Positions 40,091-49,285 of a DNA stretch of 64,000 nucleotides are shown piece after piece. The position numbers and the translations under genes were made by a program. How positions within the stretch are numbered: the first letter of the stretch is position 1; every line of letters starts with the position of its first letter. The stretch lies in contig OZ271918.1 of NCBI GenBank assembly GCA_965602015.1, positions 1,952,001-2,016,000 of the forward strand. Reading direction: 5' to 3'. A model generated the notes under the pieces. It was given only the letters and a program-made list of their open reading frames with translations. It searched no databases and was not told the DNA's origin. Source of the DNA: Salinispira sp. (GTDB lineage Bacteria > Spirochaetota > Spirochaetia > DSM-27196 > Salinispiraceae).

Positions 40091-40474
40091 GTGATGAACG
40101 CAACACTTTACAGCAACGATATTCTCAGTCCTCAAATAGCGGGAATAAAATCCTTCGTAGACGCCCAATTCGATCATTCCTGGCTGATTCACGGTTTTCA
40201 CCCCCAGGTCTTTAATGAAATGGATATGCAGGAGCTTCGCACCGAACTGGCTAACGTGGTGAGCTACGGAACCAGCCCGGGTCACATTCGCTACATCCTT
40301 GAGAAATTAAAAAAACTGCACAAAGCCCTGGTACAGCTGTCCGCTTCCGAGCTCAGGCACCAACTGCGGATGCGGGGGGAAAAAACCGTGCAAAAGGAAC
40401 TCATCCTCAGCACCCTTGAGGCCAACGCAGCACGGCTCAATACTGCTATAGAGGGAATCCAGGCCCAGCTATAG
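40091..40474 (+). CDS. Hypothetical protein
   Basis: AGGAGG RBS followed by GTG/ATG; helical, no recognised motif. Confidence 0.65.
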   Translation: MMNATLYSNDILSPQIAGIKSFVDAQFDHSWLIHGFHPQVFNEMDMQELRTELANVVSYGTSPGHIRYILEKLKKLHKALVQLSASELRHQLRMRGEKTVQKELILSTLEANAARLNTAIEGIQAQL

Positions 40475-40535
40475 GCCGCAGGAAATTGCCGACCGGTCTA
40501 TCTTCCTATTACTGATTAATCTGATACAATGCAGT

Positions 40536-43427
40536 ATGTCCCGACGCCTATCCCTTCACAGCATTATCCCGATTTTCTTTCTTTTACTTATAGCAGCCGC
40601 GATCCTTTCCATTCTCGCGGTATACAGCATCAGCAGCCGACAAACGTATCTTGAACACTCCCGGGAAATCATGACCCGATCTGGGGGGTATATGTTCGAT
40701 AAGACATCCGCCCACCTGCGCTCGGCCAGTGATGCGGTTGCCCTGTTGACCCGCCTTGCAGAAGCCGATGTGGTGAATCACAGCAACCAGAATTCCCTTG
40801 AAGACAGCTTTTACAGTTTTATGAGCATCAACTCACAGATTTCCGGCATTTTCATCGGCAAACCAAACGGAGATTTCCTCATGGCCAGCCGGTACAACGA
40901 CCGGAACTCCAGCGGATACTTTACGAAAGATATCAGAAATCGCGAAGGCGGTCTCAGAAGCGTGGAATACCGCTATTATGATTCCGAGGGGATTCTTACT
41001 GCCCGGGAGGACATACCGGAAGATGAATACGATCCCCGGACCCGGCCCTGGTACTCATCGGGGATTTCCAGCCAAAACGCCCAATGGACACGCCCCTACA
41101 TGTTTTTCACCAGCGGCCAGCCGGGAATCACCACCTCATTGGCGGTACGGGACGGCAGCGGTGCAGTTATTGCGGTTCTCGGCGTCGATTTAACCTTGGG
41201 GGATCTTTCGGACTTTGTGGCACAAACGCGAATCTCGGAAAACGGCGCAGCCTTCATCCTCGATGAAGATGACCGCTTCCTGGCCCTTTCTGACCGGGAC
41301 CGCCTCGACGGGATATCAGGAGATGTGGATGCGGGATTACTCTCGGTTCTGGATATTGATGATCCGATATACCGTACAGCCCTCTCCCAGTTCGATTCGG
41401 TAGCTGCCGACGGTTTTTCCGGCGGGTCCCTGCCGTTTGTTTTCGAACACGCCGGCCAGGTCTACCACGCCCTATTCCGCACCCTTGAGAATCCGAACTG
41501 GCTGTGGAAAATCGGACTCTTTATTCCCCAGGACGATATCATGGGGGACCTCATCGCGAACCGCCGTCTTATTCTGTTATTCACCGGCAGCGCAGGCCTG
41601 ATCTTTGCGGTGATAGGCTTCTTCTTTGCTCGGGCCCTAACCCGGCCTTTGGTGGAAATTCAGGAGTCTCTCAAGGTCATAGAACACGGAGGATATCCCT
41701 CGGTTTTTCCCGGAAGATTCGTCTCCCGGGAAATTGAAAGCATCGTTCAGCGAATTAAGGATATGAGCGACAGTCTGAGACAGTATCACGGGGAGCTGGA
41801 AGACAGGGTGGATCAGCGTACCGAGGAGCTTAAGCAGGCAAACGAGGCTAAAAGCCGGTTCCTGGCCAAGGTGAGTCACGAAATGCGAAGCCCGCTTCAG
41901 GCGATTATGGGATACGCAGAAATTCTCGGGGGCAATAAAATACCCCGGAGCAGGCAGCTCGCAAGTCTGGAAATTATCCGGGACGAGGGTGAGCGGCTCT
42001 TGACGTTTATCGATGAGCTGCTGGACATCCACCGGATTTCACAGGGACATTTCCAACTGGACACCCGTCCTTTTGATCTCAGCGAGATTCTCGAGGCCGT
42101 CAACAGCAGGTTTACCCCGCTGGCGCGCAAAAAGGGTCTAAGCTTTAGTATACGCTTCGATGAATCAATAGAGCCCATTCGCAACGGCGATGGTTTTCGT
42201 CTCGAACAAATTCTCAGTAACCTGACGGCCAACGCTTTAAAATTCACCGAGAAGGGCTCGGTGGTCATCGAAATAAGCAAGCGCGAACAGGGCCTGTACT
42301 TTTCCGTGTCGGACAGCGGACCGGGAATACCGGAGGAAAAGCGGGAACTGATTTTCAAACCATTCGAAAAGCTCCCCTCGGACCATGGGGGCCTGACCGA
42401 GGGTTTCGGGTTGGGGCTCAACATCACCAGGGAACTTATCGAGCTATTCGGCGGCCAGCTTTCCCTCGACAGCGCACCGGGAACCGGAAGCCGTTTCTAT
42501 TTCACCCTCCCCCTGCACCCTGCGGATCCTGAGCTTGTGCGCCATCGGGTATCAAGCCGTGCGGCGCTTCCCCTGTCAGCCGGTGAAAATCCTCAACAGA
42601 AAAACAACGGCGCGCAACAACAGTATCGCATTCTTTTGGTTGACGATTACCCGGTCAATCAGGATCTGCTGTCTCAATATCTCAAGAACCTGGCGAAGGA
42701 CCTAGTGATTTGCTCAAGCGGCGAGGACGCTATCAAAAAAGGCAGAAAGCGAAAATTCGACGCCATCCTCATGGATATCATCTTACCGGGCATCGACGGC
42801 ATCGAGGCGGCAAAAGCCATACGCGCAGAAGGAGCCAACCGGCGCACGGCCATCGTGGCCATCAGCGCCAGCGATGATGGGGAACTGCGTTCCCGCATTG
42901 CATCACCGACGGAAGATCGGGATATTCCGATTTTTACGGAAATCCTGGTCAAACCCTTTTCCCGGAAAGCCCTTGAGGATTGCATCCGGCGGGTCACCGC
43001 CTCACCGCCGGGAAAACGTCCCATTGCCATGAATCAAATCATCGAACAGCTGTCGGGGGATAATCGACAGGCAATTGAATTACTCGAGCAGTTTCTAGAG
43101 CAATCAGACCGCCTGCTCCTACAGCTGCAAACCCACCTTCAGCAGAAAGATTGGAAGGAAAGTCACCGCCTGGTCCATTCCCTGAAAAACGGCGCAGAAG
43201 CGCTTTTTGCCGCTCCCCTCGCCCAGCAGGCGAAAGCTTTCGAACTGCGCCTCAAAGACCTTATGACCGAGGATGATCGCGACGATTCCGAAGATACATC
43301 TAAGGAAACCCATGACGACCGGCGGTTAATCCTCGATCTGCTTCAGTCACTCATGGTCAGCTTCGATGAAGTTCAAAGCTATTGCGAACAGAATATTCTT
43401 CAGGACTCAATGGCCGACGAGGCGTAA
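40536..43427 (+). CDS. Hybrid sensor histidine kinase (Cache-HAMP-HisKA-HATPase-REC-Hpt)
   Basis: YDPRTRPWY, SHEMRSPL, NALKFT, DSGPGI, GLGL, LLVDD..MD..KP, HSLKNGA. Confidence 0.93.
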   Translation: MSRRLSLHSIIPIFFLLLIAAAILSILAVYSISSRQTYLEHSREIMTRSGGYMFDKTSAHLRSASDAVALLTRLAEADVVNHSNQNSLEDSFYSFMSINSQISGIFIGKPNGDFLMASRYNDRNSSGYFTKDIRNREGGLRSVEYRYYDSEGILTAREDIPEDEYDPRTRPWYSSGISSQNAQWTRPYMFFTSGQPGITTSLAVRDGSGAVIAVLGVDLTLGDLSDFVAQTRISENGAAFILDEDDRFLALSDRDRLDGISGDVDAGLLSVLDIDDPIYRTALSQFDSVAADGFSGGSLPFVFEHAGQVYHALFRTLENPNWLWKIGLFIPQDDIMGDLIANRRLILLFTGSAGLIFAVIGFFFARALTRPLVEIQESLKVIEHGGYPSVFPGRFVSREIESIVQRIKDMSDSLRQYHGELEDRVDQRTEELKQANEAKSRFLAKVSHEMRSPLQAIMGYAEILGGNKIPRSRQLASLEIIRDEGERLLTFIDELLDIHRISQGHFQLDTRPFDLSEILEAVNSRFTPLARKKGLSFSIRFDESIEPIRNGDGFRLEQILSNLTANALKFTEKGSVVIEISKREQGLYFSVSDSGPGIPEEKRELIFKPFEKLPSDHGGLTEGFGLGLNITRELIELFGGQLSLDSAPGTGSRFYFTLPLHPADPELVRHRVSSRAALPLSAGENPQQKNNGAQQQYRILLVDDYPVNQDLLSQYLKNLAKDLVICSSGEDAIKKGRKRKFDAILMDIILPGIDGIEAAKAIRAEGANRRTAIVAISASDDGELRSRIASPTEDRDIPIFTEILVKPFSRKALEDCIRRVTASPPGKRPIAMNQIIEQLSGDNRQAIELLEQFLEQSDRLLLQLQTHLQQKDWKESHRLVHSLKNGAEALFAAPLAQQAKAFELRLKDLMTEDDRDDSEDTSKETHDDRRLILDLLQSLMVSFDEVQSYCEQNILQDSMADEA

Positions 43428-43468
43428 GCCCATAATTCACGAGCGAGCATGGGCAAGCTTTGATGTGC

Positions 43469-44431
43469 TCAGGCCAGGGGAAGTCCATCCGACTGGTCGA
43501 GCTGAACCATGTGGAGCAGCTGATGCACCGATCGAAGACCCATTTTTTCGAGGATGGGTCTGGTCTCCTTTCTGAGAGTGGACAGCCCGTAGAATTGAAC
43601 CGTCTCACCCCAGCCCCGTTCAAAGAAGTATCTCAAAATCTCTTCCTGGGTTTCACTTAGCGGGCAGCTGCGCTTGAGGTACGCAAGCGCAGCCTGCACA
43701 TCGATAAAGGCAATGGCGGATCGGTAGATAGTTATGGTGCTGGCAAAACGAAAGATGGAAGGCAGCAGGGCAATAATTACCGATAACGTGCTGAACCAAC
43801 GGGGAGTCAAATACTCACCGATTACATACAAAGAAAGGACCGAGGGAACAAGTTCATCTATCAGGATGCCAAAGGGGAAGAGTCCTGTCAAAAGGACCAG
43901 GGATTGCCACACCGATCGTTCAATCGGCATGCTTCTTTCAGGGCGCCTCTTCATGAGGCGGAAAAAGATTACGAAACTGAGAATCCCCACCGCGGTCAGC
44001 AGCAGCTTGGTCGCTATAAAAAAACTGCTGTCATCCAAACCCCCGATCCATCGAAAAATTCTCAAGACAAGCAGAATCAGCGTGAGGCCGACAGTCAGCG
44101 TTTTTTTGGGGAATTGCCATTCGACGGATTTTTCGAGCCTCAGGACATCTTCAACCAGGAGGAAAACTACGTAACCCAGGGCGATGAAGCTGAAAGTATC
44201 AATAACCTTACCAACGGCAAAGTACGTCAGGAAATGAGGAATGCCGCTGTAATAGCCAATGAACAGCAGCTCGACCGTTACATAGCGGACGAGCAGAATC
44301 AGCGAGAGAATGGTGAAATTACCGATAAGCCTATGTGGATGCCGCAAATACCACAGGGCGGCAAGCCAAAACATTCCGAGAGAAGCAAGAAGGGCAAATG
44401 TCTTGAACAAATACAGAAGCTGTATCATCAC
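43469..44431 (-). CDS. Multi-pass membrane protein with a degenerate LuxR-like C-terminal HTH
   Basis: About 7 TM segments; tail PLSETQEEILRY..TLRKETRPILEKMGLRSVHQLL. Confidence 0.55.
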   Translation of the reverse strand: MMIQLLYLFKTFALLASLGMFWLAALWYLRHPHRLIGNFTILSLILLVRYVTVELLFIGYYSGIPHFLTYFAVGKVIDTFSFIALGYVVFLLVEDVLRLEKSVEWQFPKKTLTVGLTLILLVLRIFRWIGGLDDSSFFIATKLLLTAVGILSFVIFFRLMKRRPERSMPIERSVWQSLVLLTGLFPFGILIDELVPSVLSLYVIGEYLTPRWFSTLSVIIALLPSIFRFASTITIYRSAIAFIDVQAALAYLKRSCPLSETQEEILRYFFERGWGETVQFYGLSTLRKETRPILEKMGLRSVHQLLHMVQLDQSDGLPLA

Positions 44432-45999
44432 GTATCAGTATACTCTATGCCGAGACGACTCATCCAGTTTGATAAGGTCTGATGATTTGCAAATCCCAGT
44501 TCCCTCGCCGCCTGTTTTTTTCGCCAGCGGTTTTTCTCAAGAACGGCGAGAATCCGCCTCCGGGCAAGCTCATCGAGCTCGTTCTGCAGGCCGGTTTCCA
44601 GGGAGCTATGCCCGCGAATTGTGAAGCTGTCTTTGCTACTCCTGGCGCCTGCATCACGAACTCGGCCGGACTCGTTGGGTTGATCCAGCACAGACTCGGG
44701 ACTCTCCTCCAGGGAATCCCGGATTTCATCCGCCGTAATGATCAGCGAAGAACTCCACAGCACAGCCTGTTTCAGGCAATTGAGAAGCTGCCGGACATTC
44801 CCCGGCCAAATGAGTCCGGAAATTAGCTTCACCGCCTCCGGAGCGATATCCCTATCCTGCCACTGAGGATCGGCCAGGGAGAATTCGCTATTAATTTGGG
44901 TAAGCAGCCGGCGAATCAACAGGGGAATGTCTCCGGGGCGCTGTCGTAAAGGAGGGATGTGCAAAGAAGCAACCGCGAGGCGGTAATACAAATCTGATCG
45001 GAAACGCCCGGCGCTGATTTCCTTCGATAGCGTTCGGTTGGTGGCGGCAATAATTCGCAGATCAATCTGCTGCGGAGCGGATGATCCAAGCGGAGTGACC
45101 TCCGATTCCTGCAGGGCACGCAGGAGCTTTACCTGCATGGGCGCGGGCAGTTCGCCGACCTCATCAAGAAACAGGGTACCTCCGTCCGCCTGCTGAAAGA
45201 AACCCGGACTGTCGCGATCCGCACCGGTGAATGCGCCGCGGCGGTACCCGAAAAACTGGGACTCCATGAGTTCGGAGGGAATCGCACCGCAGTTCACCGC
45301 CACAAAGGGCTTTGAAGATCGGGGACTGGAGGCGTGGATGGCTCTGCTCAAAAGCTCTTTCCCGGTTCCCGATTCGCCGCTTATGAGCACCGGCACGTCG
45401 AACTTCGAAGCTCTGGCGGCTTTATCAATAAGGCGCTTCATCGCGGCGTCCCGATGAATTATCGCCCGGAATTCCTGGCCGGCTAGCCGTTGATCGACCA
45501 TCAAGTCCTGAAACATCCTGCTCAATGAACTGCGTTCCCTGGCTGCCAGAACAAAGGGCAGCTCTACTTCAACCAGGCCCTGCTCACGGGAAGTCTGGAT
45601 GAGCTGAGCCTTGTGGCTGCTCTGAGACAGGACGATCCAGACAGCGGCCATGGCGGGGGTTCCGGGGGACAGGTGAAACCATCGCTGGTCCTCACCGGCG
45701 CTTCGGGAGTCCAGGAGCTGCTTAACCTCGTAGTATATCCGGGAATAGTCTGTGGGATCTTTTAAGACAAAATACACGGTCTCCGCGGCGATTTCCCGTC
45801 CCTGCAGCGCAAGCCGGCTCTTCAGGGAGGCCACATATCCTTCGGTTTCCTCTTTGCTGCTATTTGAGAGCAACACCAGAGCGGTGAACCTGTTGTCCAG
45901 GAGGGCATAATATAGCGGACCCCGTTGATGGTCCTCCACTGCTTCCTGATCAATTAATCGCATGTCGCTCATGCCGAGCCAGCTGTAGAGCAGCGCCAT
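44428..45999 (-). CDS. Sigma-54 activator with an N-terminal RtcR/CARF-like domain
   Basis: [59 protein letters not shown]-terminal HTH. Confidence 0.85.
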   Translation of the reverse strand: MALLYSWLGMSDMRLIDQEAVEDHQRGPLYYALLDNRFTALVLLSNSSKEETEGYVASLKSRLALQGREIAAETVYFVLKDPTDYSRIYYEVKQLLDSRSAGEDQRWFHLSPGTPAMAAVWIVLSQSSHKAQLIQTSREQGLVEVELPFVLAARERSSLSRMFQDLMVDQRLAGQEFRAIIHRDAAMKRLIDKAARASKFDVPVLISGESGTGKELLSRAIHASSPRSSKPFVAVNCGAIPSELMESQFFGYRRGAFTGADRDSPGFFQQADGGTLFLDEVGELPAPMQVKLLRALQESEVTPLGSSAPQQIDLRIIAATNRTLSKEISAGRFRSDLYYRLAVASLHIPPLRQRPGDIPLLIRRLLTQINSEFSLADPQWQDRDIAPEAVKLISGLIWPGNVRQLLNCLKQAVLWSSSLIITADEIRDSLEESPESVLDQPNESGRVRDAGARSSKDSFTIRGHSSLETGLQNELDELARRRILAVLEKNRWRKKQAARELGFANHQTLSNWMSRLGIEYTDT

Positions 46000-46049
46000 G
46001 GGGGTAATACTACTTGACAAAACGGCCTTCGAGCAAGGTAGGCTGAACC

Positions 46050-47036
46050 ATGAGCGATTTGAAAAAAACTGATATACAAGCTGACGATAGCAGTCACAAC
46101 CTGATTTACGGATGCATGAACATCGGCGGAAATTGGGAAGACCGTGAAGCCAGCGCTGATGAACGGAAGGCGGCTTTTTTATCCTTGGATGCCGCATTTG
46201 AAGCGGGGTTCAGACGATTCGACCATGCGGATATTTACTGCAGGGGGAAATCCGAAAGCCTGTTCGGAGAATACCTCGCCGCCCATCCGGAGATTTCCCG
46301 GGAAGAGATAATCATTCAGAGCAAAACCGGCATACGTTTCGCAGGTGATCCCAACCCGGACTCCCCCGGCCGATACGACTTTGGGGCGCATTACGTTCTT
46401 TCTCAGGTGGATAAGATCCTCGCCCGTCTGGGATGCGAATACTTGGACGTGTTGCTCTTCCACCGGCCCGATGCGTTGGTAGAAGGCGAGGAATTCGCCG
46501 AAGCATGCCACAAGCTCTTCACAAGCGGTAAAGTCCGACGATTTGGAGTCAGCAACCATTCGGCTGCCAGGATCCGCTATCTTCAATCATACGTGGATCA
46601 GCCCATCGAGATTAACCAGCTCGAATTCAGTCTTGGCCACCGAGCTCTGGTGGAAGCGGAAATTCTGACAAACCAGGATGCCGATGGGGCAATATGCCAG
46701 GCTGCGGGTTTGCTGGATTATTGCCGGAGCAATGGCATTTCCCTTCAGGCATGGTCGCCGCTTGCCAGAGGCCGATTCACCGGCAACGCAGGGGCGGATG
46801 ATTCAATTGCCTTCGAAACCAAAGCGTATCTGGACGCTCTGGCGGTGAAAAAGCAGTGCAGCCCGGAGGCACTGGCGCTGGCCTGGATTTGCAGGATACC
46901 CGCTTCATTAACTCCTGTGGTGGGAAGCACAAATCCCGACCGCATTCACGCATGTGCCCAGGCGGCTAACGCGGTTCTCTCAAGGGAGGAATGGTATACC
47001 CTTCTCACCCTGGCGCGAGGCCAAGCCCTACCCTAA
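46050..47036 (+). CDS. Aldo/keto reductase (YdhF/YcsN-like)
   Basis: YGCM, FDHADIY, QSKTG, LLFHRPD, FGVSN, QAWSPLA, VVGSTN. Confidence 0.92.
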   Translation: MSDLKKTDIQADDSSHNLIYGCMNIGGNWEDREASADERKAAFLSLDAAFEAGFRRFDHADIYCRGKSESLFGEYLAAHPEISREEIIIQSKTGIRFAGDPNPDSPGRYDFGAHYVLSQVDKILARLGCEYLDVLLFHRPDALVEGEEFAEACHKLFTSGKVRRFGVSNHSAARIRYLQSYVDQPIEINQLEFSLGHRALVEAEILTNQDADGAICQAAGLLDYCRSNGISLQAWSPLARGRFTGNAGADDSIAFETKAYLDALAVKKQCSPEALALAWICRIPASLTPVVGSTNPDRIHACAQAANAVLSREEWYTLLTLARGQALP

Positions 47037-48547
47037 TCCGAGGCATATTCCAGCACCTTGTAAGCGCCGTGATATATGCCCGCCTCGAGGTTGTTCAGAA
47101 TGTTCCTGGAGAGCATGGCGATAAGGTCCCTGCTGTCAACGAGCATGTTCAGACTTTGAATAAGATTGTTTTCACCGACGGTTTCAAGAGTACTGTCACC
47201 TATTTCCGAACCCCGTATTGCCCCCCAGGCCTCATGCCGGCCGACCCGCTGGATAAAGAACTTCGGTATGGGATAGAAGGAAAGTTCGCTCGGCTTGGTA
47301 ATCAGCAAATCAGCCGATCGCATGAGAATATTGGTTACATACACCGCAGGCAGGACGTCGTCGTGGAGAAAAATATGGATTCCCTGAATATCCCGGTTGT
47401 AGAGATCCCGGGCGAAGGCAAAACTGTCCTCCCAACGCTCATATAGCTTGCTTGCCAGACCTATTGAGTCGAGGAAAGCCGCAAGCGGCTGATACAACTT
47501 TCGGTGATCCCCGAGGTTTATTAATAAGCACAGTTCCTTCCGCTGCAGGCGCAGGGCCAGTTGTTGAATGATAAACTGAAATTTTTTCATCTGAGCGCCC
47601 GCGCCGCCGATGGTGAGCAGGAATCTCCGGGGTTTGCCGTTTTCGCAGCGTTCTATCCGTTTTTCGCAATCCTCCTGAGCATTGGCCACCAGCTCGTGAT
47701 CGACAAAATGTCCGCTGTACTTGACCTGGTCTGGATTCATGGGCTTGAGAATTTCGTTAACGCCCCCCATGTTCCGCAGGCTTCTATAGCCCATGTATGC
47801 AGAGGGTCCCTGCACGCAGTGGATTGATCCGGGCGCCAGGTGAAATGCCAATGCCAGGTTATCGGGGATCGCGGTGATGACTCGCTTAATTCCCGCGTGG
47901 ATTGCCGCCTGTGCAGCCCAGGGGTGTACCGAAAGAAAGGGAATGTCCGGAGGAATCGCCCGGCAGGAGGGGGCGAAAAACCGGCTCATATGCCAGTCCC
48001 TGAGCTGGTAATCCAGTTTTCGCGCAACGGTATCAGTCACCTTTTCCCACACCAGCGCGTTGAAAAGCGGCAGACTTTCGCTCAGGCGGCTGCCCCAGCT
48101 GTACAAGCCCTCAAGACCGGTTATGACCTTGCTGGCGATGGAGCGGGGATTCTCAAGCAAGTCGAGCCAGACCGGAGTGTATCCCATAAAATGGGCAACC
48201 GATGCCAGGGCAAGGGCGATGCGGTAGTGCCCGAAACCCATACGGATTGTCCCGATAATCAGGGGTCTATCAATCTGGGAAAAATCGCAGTGGCTAACCG
48301 GCACCGCCTTGCTAAACTCGAGACTTCGATCTGCGGGCACGAGATAGCGCATGCCGAAAAGCGAAGATCCCTTTGCCCGTTCTGAAATCTGCAGAGGGTA
48401 GTATTTATTGTCCGGGTTTCCGTATCTCCGATACAGGCGTTTGAAACGGCCCCGGGCCTTTCGAACCGCCGCGCTCCGTATACGGTTATCGAACAGCAGA
48501 TAATCAGTGTCCCGGTCTCCGGGAAAGCCGTTAAAAATTTCACTCAT
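47033..48547 (-). CDS. Conserved protein, GT-B glycosyltransferase-like (GT28/MGDG-synthase-like)
   Basis: MGFGHYRIA, HPW, IPDN, LLTIGGAG, LITKPSE. Confidence 0.6.
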   Translation of the reverse strand: MSEIFNGFPGDRDTDYLLFDNRIRSAAVRKARGRFKRLYRRYGNPDNKYYPLQISERAKGSSLFGMRYLVPADRSLEFSKAVPVSHCDFSQIDRPLIIGTIRMGFGHYRIALALASVAHFMGYTPVWLDLLENPRSIASKVITGLEGLYSWGSRLSESLPLFNALVWEKVTDTVARKLDYQLRDWHMSRFFAPSCRAIPPDIPFLSVHPWAAQAAIHAGIKRVITAIPDNLALAFHLAPGSIHCVQGPSAYMGYRSLRNMGGVNEILKPMNPDQVKYSGHFVDHELVANAQEDCEKRIERCENGKPRRFLLTIGGAGAQMKKFQFIIQQLALRLQRKELCLLINLGDHRKLYQPLAAFLDSIGLASKLYERWEDSFAFARDLYNRDIQGIHIFLHDDVLPAVYVTNILMRSADLLITKPSELSFYPIPKFFIQRVGRHEAWGAIRGSEIGDSTLETVGENNLIQSLNMLVDSRDLIAMLSRNILNNLEAGIYHGAYKVLEYASD

Positions 48548-48586
48548 TCATTCACCGCCTGATAGTAATAATAGGGCATCCGAACC

Positions 48587-49285
48587 TTAGTTCTCAAATT
48601 CTACGGAGTTCGACAGAACCCCGATGGGGGGAATCTCCACTTCCACCTGATCACCGTGAAAGACGGGAGCGATACCTTCGGGAGTACCTGTGGCGATAAT
48701 ATCGCCTGGCTCAAGGCGAATGTGACGGCTGATATAGGAAATCAGTTCTTCGACGGGAAAAATCATGTTTCTGGTATTTGATGACTGGCGGACCTCACCG
48801 TTTACCCGGCAGATTATGTCCAGATTCTGCGGATCGGCAATTTCCTCCCGTGGAACTATTCGCGGCCCGATGGGACCAAAGCTGTCCAGGCTTTTTCCCC
48901 TGAACCAGCCGGACGGATCGCTTTTTTGAATATTTCGCTGGCTGACGTCATTAAAGCAGGTGTATCCCAGGACAAAATCAAGAGCATCCGGGGCTTTCAC
49001 CCGGGAGCAGGTTTTAGAAATAATGATGGCCAGCTCGGCTTCCGGATCCACCCTGGGCTCGGGAAAACCCAACTCAAAAAGAAATTTCGGGACCCGGATG
49101 GCTTCACCGGGACCGATAAGCACATTGGGAGTCTTGGCGAACAGCACCGGTTCTGTGGGCAGGTCGAGCTTCTCATGATCGTAACTCAGGCTTTCGACCA
49201 CATGGTCGGCGTAATTTAACCCCACGGCGATGATTTTTCGGGGATCGATGCGGTAGCTGTCATTTCCCATTGGCAGTTCAATCAT
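48587..49285 (-). CDS. Fumarylacetoacetate hydrolase family protein
   Basis: AVGLNYADH, EAELA, GYTCFNDVS, KSLDSFGPIGP, LEPGDIIATGTP. Confidence 0.93.
   Translation of the reverse strand: MIELPMGNDSYRIDPRKIIAVGLNYADHVVESLSYDHEKLDLPTEPVLFAKTPNVLIGPGEAIRVPKFLFELGFPEPRVDPEAELAIIISKTCSRVKAPDALDFVLGYTCFNDVSQRNIQKSDPSGWFRGKSLDSFGPIGPRIVPREEIADPQNLDIICRVNGEVRQSSNTRNMIFPVEELISYISRHIRLEPGDIIATGTPEGIAPVFHGDQVEVEIPPIGVLSNSVEFEN

Noticed and set aside
46000..46197. N-terminal extension of the CARF activator in the ORF track
   Set aside because: Overlaps the divergent aldo/keto reductase; family-like sequence starts at ATG 45999.
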